This document shows, one piece after another, positions 9,291 through 18,330 of a stretch of DNA of 64,000 nt. A program made the position numbers and the translations under genes. Numbering within the stretch: the stretch's first letter is position 1; the number at the start of each line of letters is the position of its first letter. The notes below the pieces were generated by a model that did no database searches, had not been told where the DNA came from, and saw only the letters and a list, made by a program, of their open reading frames with translations. Source of the stretch: an uncultured Verrucomicrobiota bacterium (GTDB taxonomy: Bacteria; Verrucomicrobiota; Kiritimatiellia; CAIQIC01; CAZMXS01); NCBI GenBank assembly GCA_964570325.1, contig CAZMXS010000009.1, positions 29,894 through 93,893 on the forward strand, given 5' to 3'.

Positions 9291-10997
9291 TCAAACCCGG
9301 AACACCGCCCCGAGCTTCCGACCGAGCAACCGGTGGCTGCCCGCCAGGGCGACGGCCAGGAATAGCATGGCCCACACCCCGAGCGCGCAGGCCAGGTATT
9401 TGCCGGTGCCGATCAACTGGAAGAGTTCATAAATGGTCTTGGTGATCGGGAAGTGGTCCGACTGCTGCGCCAGGATCAGGCTGTCCGAGACTTCCAGCAT
9501 GCTGAATGCGAACGCCAGCAGGCCTCCCGCCACCAGGTTGGCCGCGATCAGGGGGATCGTGATGCGGCGGGCGGTGGTCAGCGGCCCGGCGCCGACATTG
9601 GCCGCGGCCTCTTCGAGCGCGACGGCGGTTTGCTGCAACCCCGCGACCGCGGCGCGGACCACGTAGGGCAGGCGACGAACGGCGTAGGCGACCACCAGGA
9701 AGAGCGTCGGATTGACCCGCACGTCGAACAGTTGCTGGGCGAGCGGGCTGTTCCGCACCCATTCCAGGTTGCTCAAGCGCGAGCTGATGGCGAGGTAGCC
9801 GAAAGCCATAACCAATCCCGGCACGGCCAGCGGCAGCATGGCGACCGCGTCGAGCGCCCCGCGCTGGGGCAGGTCGGAGCGGACCACCACGAATGCGATG
9901 AGCAAGCCCAGGACCAGGCTGAAGCCCGCCGCCAGCGTCGCATATAACAGGCTGTTGCCGATGCCGCTGACGACCATGCCGTGTCCGAGCGCCGCGGCGT
10001 AGTTGGCGGTTGTGAATCGGGTCGGGAGAACGGTCCGATACCAACTGCCCGGCTCGCTGAAACTGGTCAGGATCACCCCGATATGGGGCAGCAACGCGAG
10101 GCCGATGACCACCAGGAAGGGCAGCCGCGCGGCGGCGGCGCGCCAACCCCGCAGGTCCGTCTGACGGGCGGCGACGGTTGCCTTTCCCTGCATCGCCCAC
10201 GCCGCGCGCCCGAAGACCAACTTCGCGGCCGTATACAGCAGGACGCTGGCGGCCAGCATGACGAAGACCAGCGCGTACGGAAAAGGATTGGACCCGACTT
10301 CCTTGAGCGCGTCGAAAACCTGCACCGCGGCGCAGCGGGTGTAGTTCATGATCAGCGGCGTGCCGAGTTCGGTGAAGCTCCAGATGAAAACCAGCGTCCC
10401 GCCGGCGAACAGCCCCGGCATGATCAACGGCAGCGTGATACGGCGGAACTTGCGGAAGCCGTGGCAACCGACGTTTTCAGCGGCCTCCTCCATCGCGGGG
10501 TCAATGTTGGCCAGCGCGGCGACGGCATTGAGATAGATCAGCGGATAAAGCGACAGCGCTTGCAGGCCGACCACGCCCCAATAACGGGCCCGGCCGATCC
10601 AATCCACCGGCCCGAGGCTCAACAAGGCGTTGAGCGCGCCGTACTGGCCGAGGAGCTGCTGCAGACCAATGGCGCCGACGAACGGGGGCAGGATCATCGG
10701 CGCCAGCAGCAGCGCGCCAATCCAGTCCTTGCCGGGGAACCGGTAGCGGTTGGCCAGCCATGCCAGCGGGACGGCGCACAACATCGCCAGCAGGGTCGTG
10801 CCCAGCGCGATCAGCAGGCTGTTGCCCAGGCCCTCGGCGTAAATCGGATTGGCGAAAACTCCCAGCAGATACCGCGGCGTGAAACGGCCGTGCTCGATGA
10901 AGCCGCCGCGGATGATCGTCCCCAGCGGCGCCAGGAACAAGAGGCCGAGCAGGGCCAGTGTGCTCCAGAAAATGATATTGGCGGCGCCGCGTTTCAT
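9291..10997 (-). CDS. ABC transporter permease, fused two-domain (FbpB/iron(III)-type architecture)
   Basis: 568 aa with about 12 predicted TM segments and two BPD-transporter-like halves. Adjacent to a substrate-binding protein and an ATPase. Confidence 0.8.
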   Translation of the reverse strand: MKRGAANIIFWSTLALLGLLFLAPLGTIIRGGFIEHGRFTPRYLLGVFANPIYAEGLGNSLLIALGTTLLAMLCAVPLAWLANRYRFPGKDWIGALLLAPMILPPFVGAIGLQQLLGQYGALNALLSLGPVDWIGRARYWGVVGLQALSLYPLIYLNAVAALANIDPAMEEAAENVGCHGFRKFRRITLPLIMPGLFAGGTLVFIWSFTELGTPLIMNYTRCAAVQVFDALKEVGSNPFPYALVFVMLAASVLLYTAAKLVFGRAAWAMQGKATVAARQTDLRGWRAAAARLPFLVVIGLALLPHIGVILTSFSEPGSWYRTVLPTRFTTANYAAALGHGMVVSGIGNSLLYATLAAGFSLVLGLLIAFVVVRSDLPQRGALDAVAMLPLAVPGLVMAFGYLAISSRLSNLEWVRNSPLAQQLFDVRVNPTLFLVVAYAVRRLPYVVRAAVAGLQQTAVALEEAAANVGAGPLTTARRITIPLIAANLVAGGLLAFAFSMLEVSDSLILAQQSDHFPITKTIYELFQLIGTGKYLACALGVWAMLFLAVALAGSHRLLGRKLGAVFRV

Positions 10998-11020
10998 GTT
11001 CCAATGCGCAGGGATATTCC

Positions 11021-12754
11021 CTATGGCCTGACTTGGTTAAGCGCCTCCCGGTAGCTGTGCCTGAAAAAGTCGGTCCAGGCGCGCATATATTCCATGCGGT
11101 CCATTTCTTTGCCGATGGCCAGGGCGGAAGTCCAGGTCAGTGGTTCCGGTCGGTCCGGCAGGCGCTCCAGTTGCGCCAGCGCGGCGGGCTGCCGGGCCGG
11201 GCCGCCGCCGGCCAGGATCGCCGCCCAGGCCGCGCGCAACTCCGCGCCCGAATCCAGGCACATAGTCCGGATCAGGTCGCGCAGGATGTTGAAATGCGAT
11301 CCGGTCCAGCGCGGCTGGTAGGTGAAGTGGCGCGCCTGTTCATAGGGATTGACGTCGGCGGCGCCCAGATCGTCCGCGCAGTGGCGGCGGTGTTTTTCAA
11401 AAGCGGCCTGGGTGGTGGGGTCGGTTGCGGGATAGAAGTCGCGCCGGATGGGCAGGCGGCGCAGGGCAAAGCGTTCCGGGCCGCCGGGTTCGCCCGGCCG
11501 ATAACACCACAACTGTTGACCCGCCTCGCTGAGGATGAATTCAATAAACCGCACGGCGGTTTCCCGGTGCGGGGCGCCGCGCAGCAGGCCGATCGGGTCG
11601 CAACTGACGCTGGATCCGCCCGCGGGTGTGAGATAGACCATCCGCTCGCCGCCATCCGGGGCGCGGGCGCACTGGGCCTGGTAGCGGGCATAGAAATCAA
11701 TCACCAACCCCGCGGCCGCGTCGCCCTGGCTGACATCAATCGGCACCTTGCTGGCCGAATCCGTGAAGTAGCGTGCGTTGGCGCCGATTCGCTGGATGAG
11801 CCTCAGCCCGTCCAGCCAGCCGCGCGCGACCGCCGCCTGGTAAGCCGCGGGCACTTCGGGCGGCATCTCGCCCGGTGGCCGGCCGGCGGCGGCGATGGCG
11901 CGTTCATAGCGCTGGATGGTTTCCTCATCATAACCGGCGGCGGTCACGGCCTGCCGGCATTTCTGCTGGATGATCATTTCGAACGCCTTGGCGATACTGC
12001 CGCTCTTGGTCGGGTCGGCCGCTCCGACCTGCCGGAAATAGGCGGGATCGGCCAGGTCGTCCCAGGCCGCCGGCGGCCGCGCCACGCCCAGATCGTCCAG
12101 CCGGTCCCGGTTGTAGCAGATGCCAAATGACGCGAGCACGCAGCCAAACATGGTGGGCGTCCGCCACTTTTCGCCGCTCATGCCGGCCGGGATCAGCACG
12201 CGGCCGTCCGCCGTTTGAAAAAGGCCCGCCGGCGCGTCATCCGGCGGCCAGGGCGGGACGGTCAGGCCTTGTTGGAACAGCAGCGTGTGGTCGTATTCGC
12301 CGCCGCCGAAAAACAGGTCCAGCCCGCTGGTGAACGCGCGCGGATCGTCGGTCCGGCGAAAGGCATCGTAAAGCGCGGTCAGTTCCGGCGAACTTTGGTC
12401 GCGCGCGAACTTGCGCGCCGTCACGGCGTCGTTGGCGCCGGCCGGCCAGGGCCGGCCTTGCCGCCGCCACCAGGCGCGCGCGGCGTTGATGAACTCGGCG
12501 GTGATATAGCGGCTGATCTCCGTTGTGCCGCCGAGGGCGCGCCAGTCCACTTTCGCGGGACGGCCGAACTGCTGCTGGTGCCAGGCGGCAAACGCCCGGC
12601 CGAACTCGTAGCGGATGGCCTCGTTCATCGGCGTGATGATGACCACAACCGGATCGCCCGCGCGCCAGGCGCCGGCCTCCGGCGGCCGGCGGAAAAGGAA
12701 CGGCAGCGCGATTACCAGCGCGGCGGCGATCAGGCTGGGGAGGTGGCGCGACAT
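11021..12754 (-). CDS. ABC transporter periplasmic substrate-binding protein (large, family-1-like)
   Basis: N-terminal TM/signal segment, 577 aa, located between the permease and the ATPase. Substrate cannot be determined. Confidence 0.65.
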   Translation of the reverse strand: MSRHLPSLIAAALVIALPFLFRRPPEAGAWRAGDPVVVIITPMNEAIRYEFGRAFAAWHQQQFGRPAKVDWRALGGTTEISRYITAEFINAARAWWRRQGRPWPAGANDAVTARKFARDQSSPELTALYDAFRRTDDPRAFTSGLDLFFGGGEYDHTLLFQQGLTVPPWPPDDAPAGLFQTADGRVLIPAGMSGEKWRTPTMFGCVLASFGICYNRDRLDDLGVARPPAAWDDLADPAYFRQVGAADPTKSGSIAKAFEMIIQQKCRQAVTAAGYDEETIQRYERAIAAAGRPPGEMPPEVPAAYQAAVARGWLDGLRLIQRIGANARYFTDSASKVPIDVSQGDAAAGLVIDFYARYQAQCARAPDGGERMVYLTPAGGSSVSCDPIGLLRGAPHRETAVRFIEFILSEAGQQLWCYRPGEPGGPERFALRRLPIRRDFYPATDPTTQAAFEKHRRHCADDLGAADVNPYEQARHFTYQPRWTGSHFNILRDLIRTMCLDSGAELRAAWAAILAGGGPARQPAALAQLERLPDRPEPLTWTSALAIGKEMDRMEYMRAWTDFFRHSYREALNQVRP

Positions 12755-12822
12755 GGATCAATGGCGGACCCGATGGGACAAGGAACGCACGCCGGCGTCT
12801 GTTGATGATTTTCCCATTTGAT

Positions 12823-13917
12823 TCAACCGCCGCCCAGGGTGACAATATCCTCCGGCGCGATCCAGACGCGGGTCGGTTCCCGGTGCGCGTCGCGCGCGAC
12901 CACGCGCGGGTTTAGTTCAAAAAGTTTGAGCGTGGTGACGGTTCCGGCCGGGCCGGCCAGATCAACCTGGTGCTCGGCGAGTTCACCTTGGTAGACCGTG
13001 TCGTGCAGGATGGCGTCGAACCGGTTCGGCGCGCCGGGGGGCGGTTGGCCGATGCGAATGTACTCCGGTCGGATCGCGAGGGTCACCGCGCCCGCCGCGG
13101 GAAGGTCGCGGGCGTTTTCCGCCGCGGCGCGCAACGGACCGAATGGTGTTTCGATCTCCAACGCGTCGTCGGTGCGCGCGCGGAGCTGACCCGCGACGAA
13201 ATTGGCCTCGCCAATAAAATGGGCGACGAAGCGGTTGGCGGGCCGGCGATAGACCTCCTGCGGCCGGCCCAACTGCTCGATGCGGCCGTTTCGCAGCACG
13301 CTCAACCGGTCGGCCATGCAGAGCGCTTCCTGCTGGTCGTGCGTGACGTACACGGTGGTCAACCCGGCCTGTTTGCACAGGCTCCGGATTTCGGCGCGCA
13401 TTTCCATGCGCAGCCGGGCGTCCAGGTTGGAGAGTGGCTCGTCGAGCAGCAGGCAACGCGGCCGAATCGCGAGCGCGCGGGCGAGCGCGACCCGTTGCTG
13501 CTGGCCGCCGGAGAGCTGGTTGGGCCGGTGGTCGGCGCGATCGGCCATCCGGACCAAATCCAAGGCCGCGTCGGCGCGCGCGCGGATTTCCTTCCGCGGC
13601 AGACGGCGCAGTTCCAGGCCGAACGCGACATTTTCACGGACGGTCATGTGCGGCCAGAGCGCATAGCTTTGGAACACCATTCCGGTGTCGCGCCGGTACG
13701 CCGGCCGGCGCGTTATGTCCTCCCCGCCGATGCGGATCGCGCCGCGATCCGGCTCGCAGAACCCGGCGATGCACCGCAGGAGCGTGGTCTTGCCGCAGCC
13801 GCTGGGTCCCAGCAGGAAAAAGAGTTCGCCCGGCTCAATGGCCAGCGTGATGTCATCCACGGCGCGGGTCGCGCCGAAAAACTTGCTGACTCCTTCGATC
13901 TGGAGGGATACCGCCAT
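12823..13917 (-). CDS. ABC transporter ATP-binding protein (PotA/FbpC-like with C-terminal TOBE-like domain)
   Basis: Walker A GPSGCGKTT, signature LSGGQQQRVALARAL, Walker B LLLDEP. ATG at 13917 preferred over the TTG at 13977. Confidence 0.9.
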   Translation of the reverse strand: MAVSLQIEGVSKFFGATRAVDDITLAIEPGELFFLLGPSGCGKTTLLRCIAGFCEPDRGAIRIGGEDITRRPAYRRDTGMVFQSYALWPHMTVRENVAFGLELRRLPRKEIRARADAALDLVRMADRADHRPNQLSGGQQQRVALARALAIRPRCLLLDEPLSNLDARLRMEMRAEIRSLCKQAGLTTVYVTHDQQEALCMADRLSVLRNGRIEQLGRPQEVYRRPANRFVAHFIGEANFVAGQLRARTDDALEIETPFGPLRAAAENARDLPAAGAVTLAIRPEYIRIGQPPPGAPNRFDAILHDTVYQGELAEHQVDLAGPAGTVTTLKLFELNPRVVARDAHREPTRVWIAPEDIVTLGGG

Positions 13918-14056
13918 GCGCGGGATTGTTCCTGTCGCGCGCCGGGGGGTCAATGCCGAAAACGTACCATTCGACAATCCAACCCGGGCTGTGTATTCTG
14001 ACCGTTACCCACGGCGCGTTTGCAGGTTTGACCCAGCCGGGGAGAGGAAGCACACG

Positions 14057-15592
14057 ATGACCATTGCCGCCGCCGCCAGGACCGAATGGAAGGAACAGCA
14101 CCGCCACCCCCCCGGTTTTCGCGCCCGCCGCGGGATCAACTGGTTCACGGTTGGGCTCTTGTATGCCATGTACTACATGTGCCGGTACAACTTCCGCTTT
14201 GCCGCGCCGGGCATGCGTGAGGAATTCGGTTTTTCCATCACGCAGATTTCCGACATCTGGGTCTGGTTCTCGGTCGCCTATGGCACGGGCCAACTCGTCA
14301 ATGGGCTCTTCTGCGACCGGATCGGCGGCAAGGCCTCGATGCTGATCGGCGCCGTCGGCACCATCATCGTCAACCTGGTGTACGGGTTCGGCTCGTTCGC
14401 GGGCAATTTCGCGACCTTTGCCGGTCTGTGGCTGCTGAATGGTTATATTCAGGCCGCCGGCACGCCCGGCATGGTCAAGATCAACGCGGCGTGGTTCAAC
14501 CGGGAGGAACGCGGTGTCTTTGCCGGCATCTTCGGATTCATGATCCAGTCCGGGCAGGTAATGATCAGTCGGTTGGCGCCGGTCCTGCTCGCCGGCTTTA
14601 CCCTTGGCGTCTTCACGGTCGCGCCGGGCACTTGGCGAATCTTGTTCATCGTGCCGCCCGTTTTCGTCGCCCTCGTGGCGGTCGCGCTGTATTTTCTGGC
14701 CGCGCAATCCACCGACGAGGCCGGCTATCCGGGCGCGATCCACGACGACGTGGACAATTCCGCCGGCACCACGGTGCCGGTCAAGGAAGCCTTCAAGTTT
14801 GTCTTCGCGAACCCGCTGGTCTGGTTCTATGCCGTCGCCTACGGTTGCACCGGCGCCGTGCGCCACAGCTCGGACCAACTTTCCATTCTGTATTTCGAGG
14901 ATGTGTTGAAGTTTAACATGAAGACCAACATCCCGGACATCGCGGTCAACACGCTGGCGTTGATCCCGATCGTCGCGGTGGCCGGGTCCGTGCTTTCAGG
15001 TTGGGTTTCCGACCGGTTCTTCCGCGGTCACCGCTATCCGGTCGCGATGGCCCTGTATTTTATGGAGTCCGTCGTGATCGCGACCGCCGCCACGGTCCTG
15101 GCCCTCGGCCTGGTTGGACCCACCACCGGCGGCATCCTGCTCGGCTGCCTGTTTCTGGTGCTGATCGCCATCACGGCCAACAGCACGCATTCGATCGTCG
15201 GCGCGGCCGCACCGATGGATATCGGCGGCAAAAAAATGGCCGGCTTCGCCTCAGGCGTCATTGATTCATTCCAATACTATGGCTCCGCGCTATCGCTCTT
15301 CATCACCGGCCGCGTGCTCGACGCCACCAAGGCCACCTACGGCTGGAACTTCTGGTTCATCATTATGACCGGCTTCGCCGCCACCGGCGGCTGCGCCATG
15401 CTGGCCCTGCTGCTGCGCCAGAATGGGAAACGCGCGGCCATGAAGGCGGTGGTGGCCGCGCTGGCGATTGCGATCGCGTCCGGCCTCGCGGTCGGCGGCT
15501 ACCAATATCACCGGATCGTGAAGGCGAACGCGGACCGGGCCGCCCGGGAGGTCGCCCAGACCAATGCGCCCGTTGCGGCGCCCGCCCAATAA
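14057..15592 (+). CDS. MFS transporter, organophosphate:Pi antiporter (GlpT/UhpC-like) family
   Basis: GGAGAGGAAG SD precedes the ATG at 14057. YAMYYMCRYNF...DRIGGK and NREERG resemble GlpT/UhpC signature regions. Confidence 0.75.
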   Translation: MTIAAAARTEWKEQHRHPPGFRARRGINWFTVGLLYAMYYMCRYNFRFAAPGMREEFGFSITQISDIWVWFSVAYGTGQLVNGLFCDRIGGKASMLIGAVGTIIVNLVYGFGSFAGNFATFAGLWLLNGYIQAAGTPGMVKINAAWFNREERGVFAGIFGFMIQSGQVMISRLAPVLLAGFTLGVFTVAPGTWRILFIVPPVFVALVAVALYFLAAQSTDEAGYPGAIHDDVDNSAGTTVPVKEAFKFVFANPLVWFYAVAYGCTGAVRHSSDQLSILYFEDVLKFNMKTNIPDIAVNTLALIPIVAVAGSVLSGWVSDRFFRGHRYPVAMALYFMESVVIATAATVLALGLVGPTTGGILLGCLFLVLIAITANSTHSIVGAAAPMDIGGKKMAGFASGVIDSFQYYGSALSLFITGRVLDATKATYGWNFWFIIMTGFAATGGCAMLALLLRQNGKRAAMKAVVAALAIAIASGLAVGGYQYHRIVKANADRAAREVAQTNAPVAAPAQ

Positions 15593-15604
15593 GGGAGATC
15601 ATCC

Positions 15605-16078
15605 ATGACCACCGAACATCCCGCGATTCAGGTTTCAACCCTGCAGTTGGGGCTCCGGGCTTTCTGTGTCTGGATCGAAAACCAGTTCGAACTCCGTGCG
15701 ACCCGCTTGGAATTTCTCCTGCGTGTGGCGCCGGCGGCCCTGGCCCTCGGCGCGCTCGTTTATACCCAGCGAGCCTGGCTCGCGGATGCCGGCTGGCCGG
15801 CGCGCGCCCTCGTCTGGATCGCGGCCGGCGGCGTTATGTTGGCGGGGATCATCATTCCGATTGTTCGCCGCTTTCACGACCTCGGCCGCACTGGCGGACT
15901 CTTCTGGGCGCTCGCCGTGCCCTACTGGGCGCTCTGGAAATTGACCGGGCTTTTCCCCGGCCTGTGGTGGGTCTGGGTGCTCCTCTGCGCCTGGCCCATC
16001 TGGCTCACACTGCAACTCTTCGGCCGGCCCGGTGTTGCGGGTGGCAATCGCTACCCGCGGGTGGCGGCCCAGAATTGA
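15605..16078 (+). CDS. DUF805 inner-membrane protein
   Basis: RRFHDLGRTG motif (RRLHDxGxSG-like) flanked by TM segments. Confidence 0.65.
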   Translation: MTTEHPAIQVSTLQLGLRAFCVWIENQFELRATRLEFLLRVAPAALALGALVYTQRAWLADAGWPARALVWIAAGGVMLAGIIIPIVRRFHDLGRTGGLFWALAVPYWALWKLTGLFPGLWWVWVLLCAWPIWLTLQLFGRPGVAGGNRYPRVAAQN

Positions 16079-16097
16079 AGGATGCCGCTCTTTTCGT

Positions 16098-17186
16098 TCA
16101 GGGTTCTTCCAGATACAACCGCGCGGCCGTGTAATCAATGGTCAGCCGGTAACGTCGCCAGATTTCGTTGCCCAGCAGCGCGGTCCGCGGCTCGGCCGGG
16201 CCGGCCTGCGTCATCGCAATCAGGGTTTGGCCGGTCGGCAACTGGAACCCGCCCGCCGTGAGCGCGCGGGGCGCCCCGCGGACAAAGATGGATTCGCCGC
16301 CCACGCCTTGCCCCAATTCGGTCCCGCGGGTGTTGACCCGTTCCGCGATCTGTAATTGCCGCGCCAGTCCATGCGGCAGCCAGAGTCCAAAATCACCGCC
16401 GGTATCTACCGCGCATTCGATCCGGTTCGTGCCGAGCCGGGCCTCAAATACCGGCGCCGGCGCGGTGGCGGTCAGGGGGATGGCGGCCAGCAGACGCGCG
16501 GAGTCGGGCCGGTAGGTTCCGGTGGTGCGGAAGGTCACCTGCTGCCGATGCAGCTCGAATGTGACCGAGGCGAGCCGGCTCAACAGGTCGCTGCCGATAA
16601 TCGCCTCCACCAGGTAGCCGGTGGCCCGCGTTGGACCGGCCAGCCCCTCCGCCCGGTCGAGGATGCCGAGCGGGATCGGCCCGCGGATGGCCAGGTCGCC
16701 CAGTTCCAGCGAATCCGCGGCGCCCGCGAAAAAAGTAAAATGTCCGCCGGGGCTGAGCCCGGGCAGCCGCTCCAAGGGCAGCCCGGCCGGCGCCACTTGC
16801 GCGCGCCGGCTGCCCGTGTAATCCACGACGGAAATTCCCGACCCGGTGTCAATCATGGCCAGGAGCAGGCGACCGTTGATCTGGGCGCGGATGATCGGGA
16901 ACAGCGTCCGCTGAAACATGCGCACGTTGAGCGGCAGCGTGACGTTGACCGCTTCCGGAATGGCCGGCGCCGCCGTGCGGATGGGGGGGCGCGCCCGCGC
17001 TTCCAGCCGTGCCAACTGCTCGGCCGTCAGCGGCGCGCCGGGTGGCAACGTCGCGCAGCCGGGTAACAGCCACGCGCTGCCGGCGATCAGCACCGCGCGG
17101 CGAATGGCGCGCGTCCGATGACTTCGGCAGGCGGCGACTTCAATCGGAAAGCGGCAGGCGGAAATCGCAAATGCCCTTTTTCCCAT
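16098..17186 (-). CDS. Lipoprotein with two retropepsin-like aspartyl-protease domains (DTG + DTG)
   Basis: Lipobox LLPGC. Motifs AMIDTGSG and AVDTGGDF lie in two halves. TGATG coupling to the upstream paralog. Confidence 0.6.
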   Translation of the reverse strand: MGKRAFAISACRFPIEVAACRSHRTRAIRRAVLIAGSAWLLPGCATLPPGAPLTAEQLARLEARARPPIRTAAPAIPEAVNVTLPLNVRMFQRTLFPIIRAQINGRLLLAMIDTGSGISVVDYTGSRRAQVAPAGLPLERLPGLSPGGHFTFFAGAADSLELGDLAIRGPIPLGILDRAEGLAGPTRATGYLVEAIIGSDLLSRLASVTFELHRQQVTFRTTGTYRPDSARLLAAIPLTATAPAPVFEARLGTNRIECAVDTGGDFGLWLPHGLARQLQIAERVNTRGTELGQGVGGESIFVRGAPRALTAGGFQLPTGQTLIAMTQAGPAEPRTALLGNEIWRRYRLTIDYTAARLYLEEP

Positions 17187-18154
17187 CAGGGCTTCTCGAA
17201 ATGCACGACTTGCCGGCGGTTATCAATCGTAACCTTGAACGGCGCCAGCAGCCGCCGCCCGATGCGGGGTGTTTCGCGCAGGCCCACACCCGGCACTTCC
17301 GGCACCACCGCTTCCACCTTGCGCAAGACCAGGTCGCCGACCGATACTTGGCGGATCGGCTCGGGCGGAATCAGTGGCATGACCAGCTCAAAATCGCCGG
17401 CGGAATCGAGGATGATCGGCGTCGGCCGGCCGATGATCTGGCCGTCGCAGGCGAGCGCGCCGCCGATTTCCTTGTAGGGCACGGTGGTGATCAGGTTGGA
17501 TTCGCTCACGCGGTAGTCCTGCGTCGAGGAGAAGACGACTTGACGCGCGGGATAATTGATCTGCACGTAGCGGAAGACCTTCAGAAAGTTCATCCCGACC
17601 ACCCCGGCGCGGACCTGGTTGAGCGCGCCGCGGCCGAGCGGACCGAGCGGTCCGTTGGCCATGCGGACATAGAACAGGCAGTTTTCGACGTTGAGCTGGT
17701 GAAAGGCCGCCCGGCTGGTGTGTCCGAGAATGCCGAGCACGGGATCGCTCACGTGTTCGGGGGTCTTTCGGAAAATCGGCGGATTCAACGGCACGACGCG
17801 GAAGAGCTTGGCGGCGGATAGGTCCATCCAGGAATCGCGCGCGGTCGTGTCAATGAGCACATCCACGGGGTCGAACTCGCGCGATTGCATGGAAACGACC
17901 GGCGCGGGATACTTGAACTCCAGCGGACGGAACCCGGACTCCGCGGTCTGGTCCATATGGACCCGGAAAGAACCGGCAAAGCGCGGCTGATCGCCCTCCT
18001 GATAAACGGTGAGCGCGAAAGTGCGCGGGTCTTTGCCTTTCTTGACGTAATCCTCAATCTCGACCGTTGTGAACGGTGTGACGGTTTTGGACAGGCTGTA
18101 GCAACCGGCGGCAAGCGCCAGCAACGCGAGCCCGCAGAAATGAATTGTTTTCAT
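17186..18154 (-). CDS. Paralogous lipoprotein with degenerate retropepsin-like motifs (DTT / DSAG)
   Basis: MKTIHFCGLALLALAAGC lipoprotein signal at the internal ATG 18154. LIDTTARD and ILDSAGDF occupy the positions of the DTG motifs. Confidence 0.5.
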   Translation of the reverse strand: MKTIHFCGLALLALAAGCYSLSKTVTPFTTVEIEDYVKKGKDPRTFALTVYQEGDQPRFAGSFRVHMDQTAESGFRPLEFKYPAPVVSMQSREFDPVDVLIDTTARDSWMDLSAAKLFRVVPLNPPIFRKTPEHVSDPVLGILGHTSRAAFHQLNVENCLFYVRMANGPLGPLGRGALNQVRAGVVGMNFLKVFRYVQINYPARQVVFSSTQDYRVSESNLITTVPYKEIGGALACDGQIIGRPTPIILDSAGDFELVMPLIPPEPIRQVSVGDLVLRKVEAVVPEVPGVGLRETPRIGRRLLAPFKVTIDNRRQVVHFEKP

Positions 18155-18184
18155 GGCCCGCATACGTTGCCACGCTGTCGGGAA

Positions 18185-18212
18185 AGTGCAAAGTGCAAAG
18201 TTCAAGGTTCAA
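18185..18212. repeat. Heptamer array
   Basis: AGTGCAA AGTGCAA AGTTCAA GGTTCAA, in the divergent region between the lipoprotein gene and the XDH-family operon. Confidence 0.75.
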
Positions 18213-18330
18213 CGGGCCGCGAGGGATTCCGGCTGGGGTTCGGCGACAATGCGCTCGCCGGCCGCGCCGCGCCGGTTACAACAAAACGACGGTTTGATTT
18301 TCCCGGCGCATTTGCGTAAACTTTAAGCTG

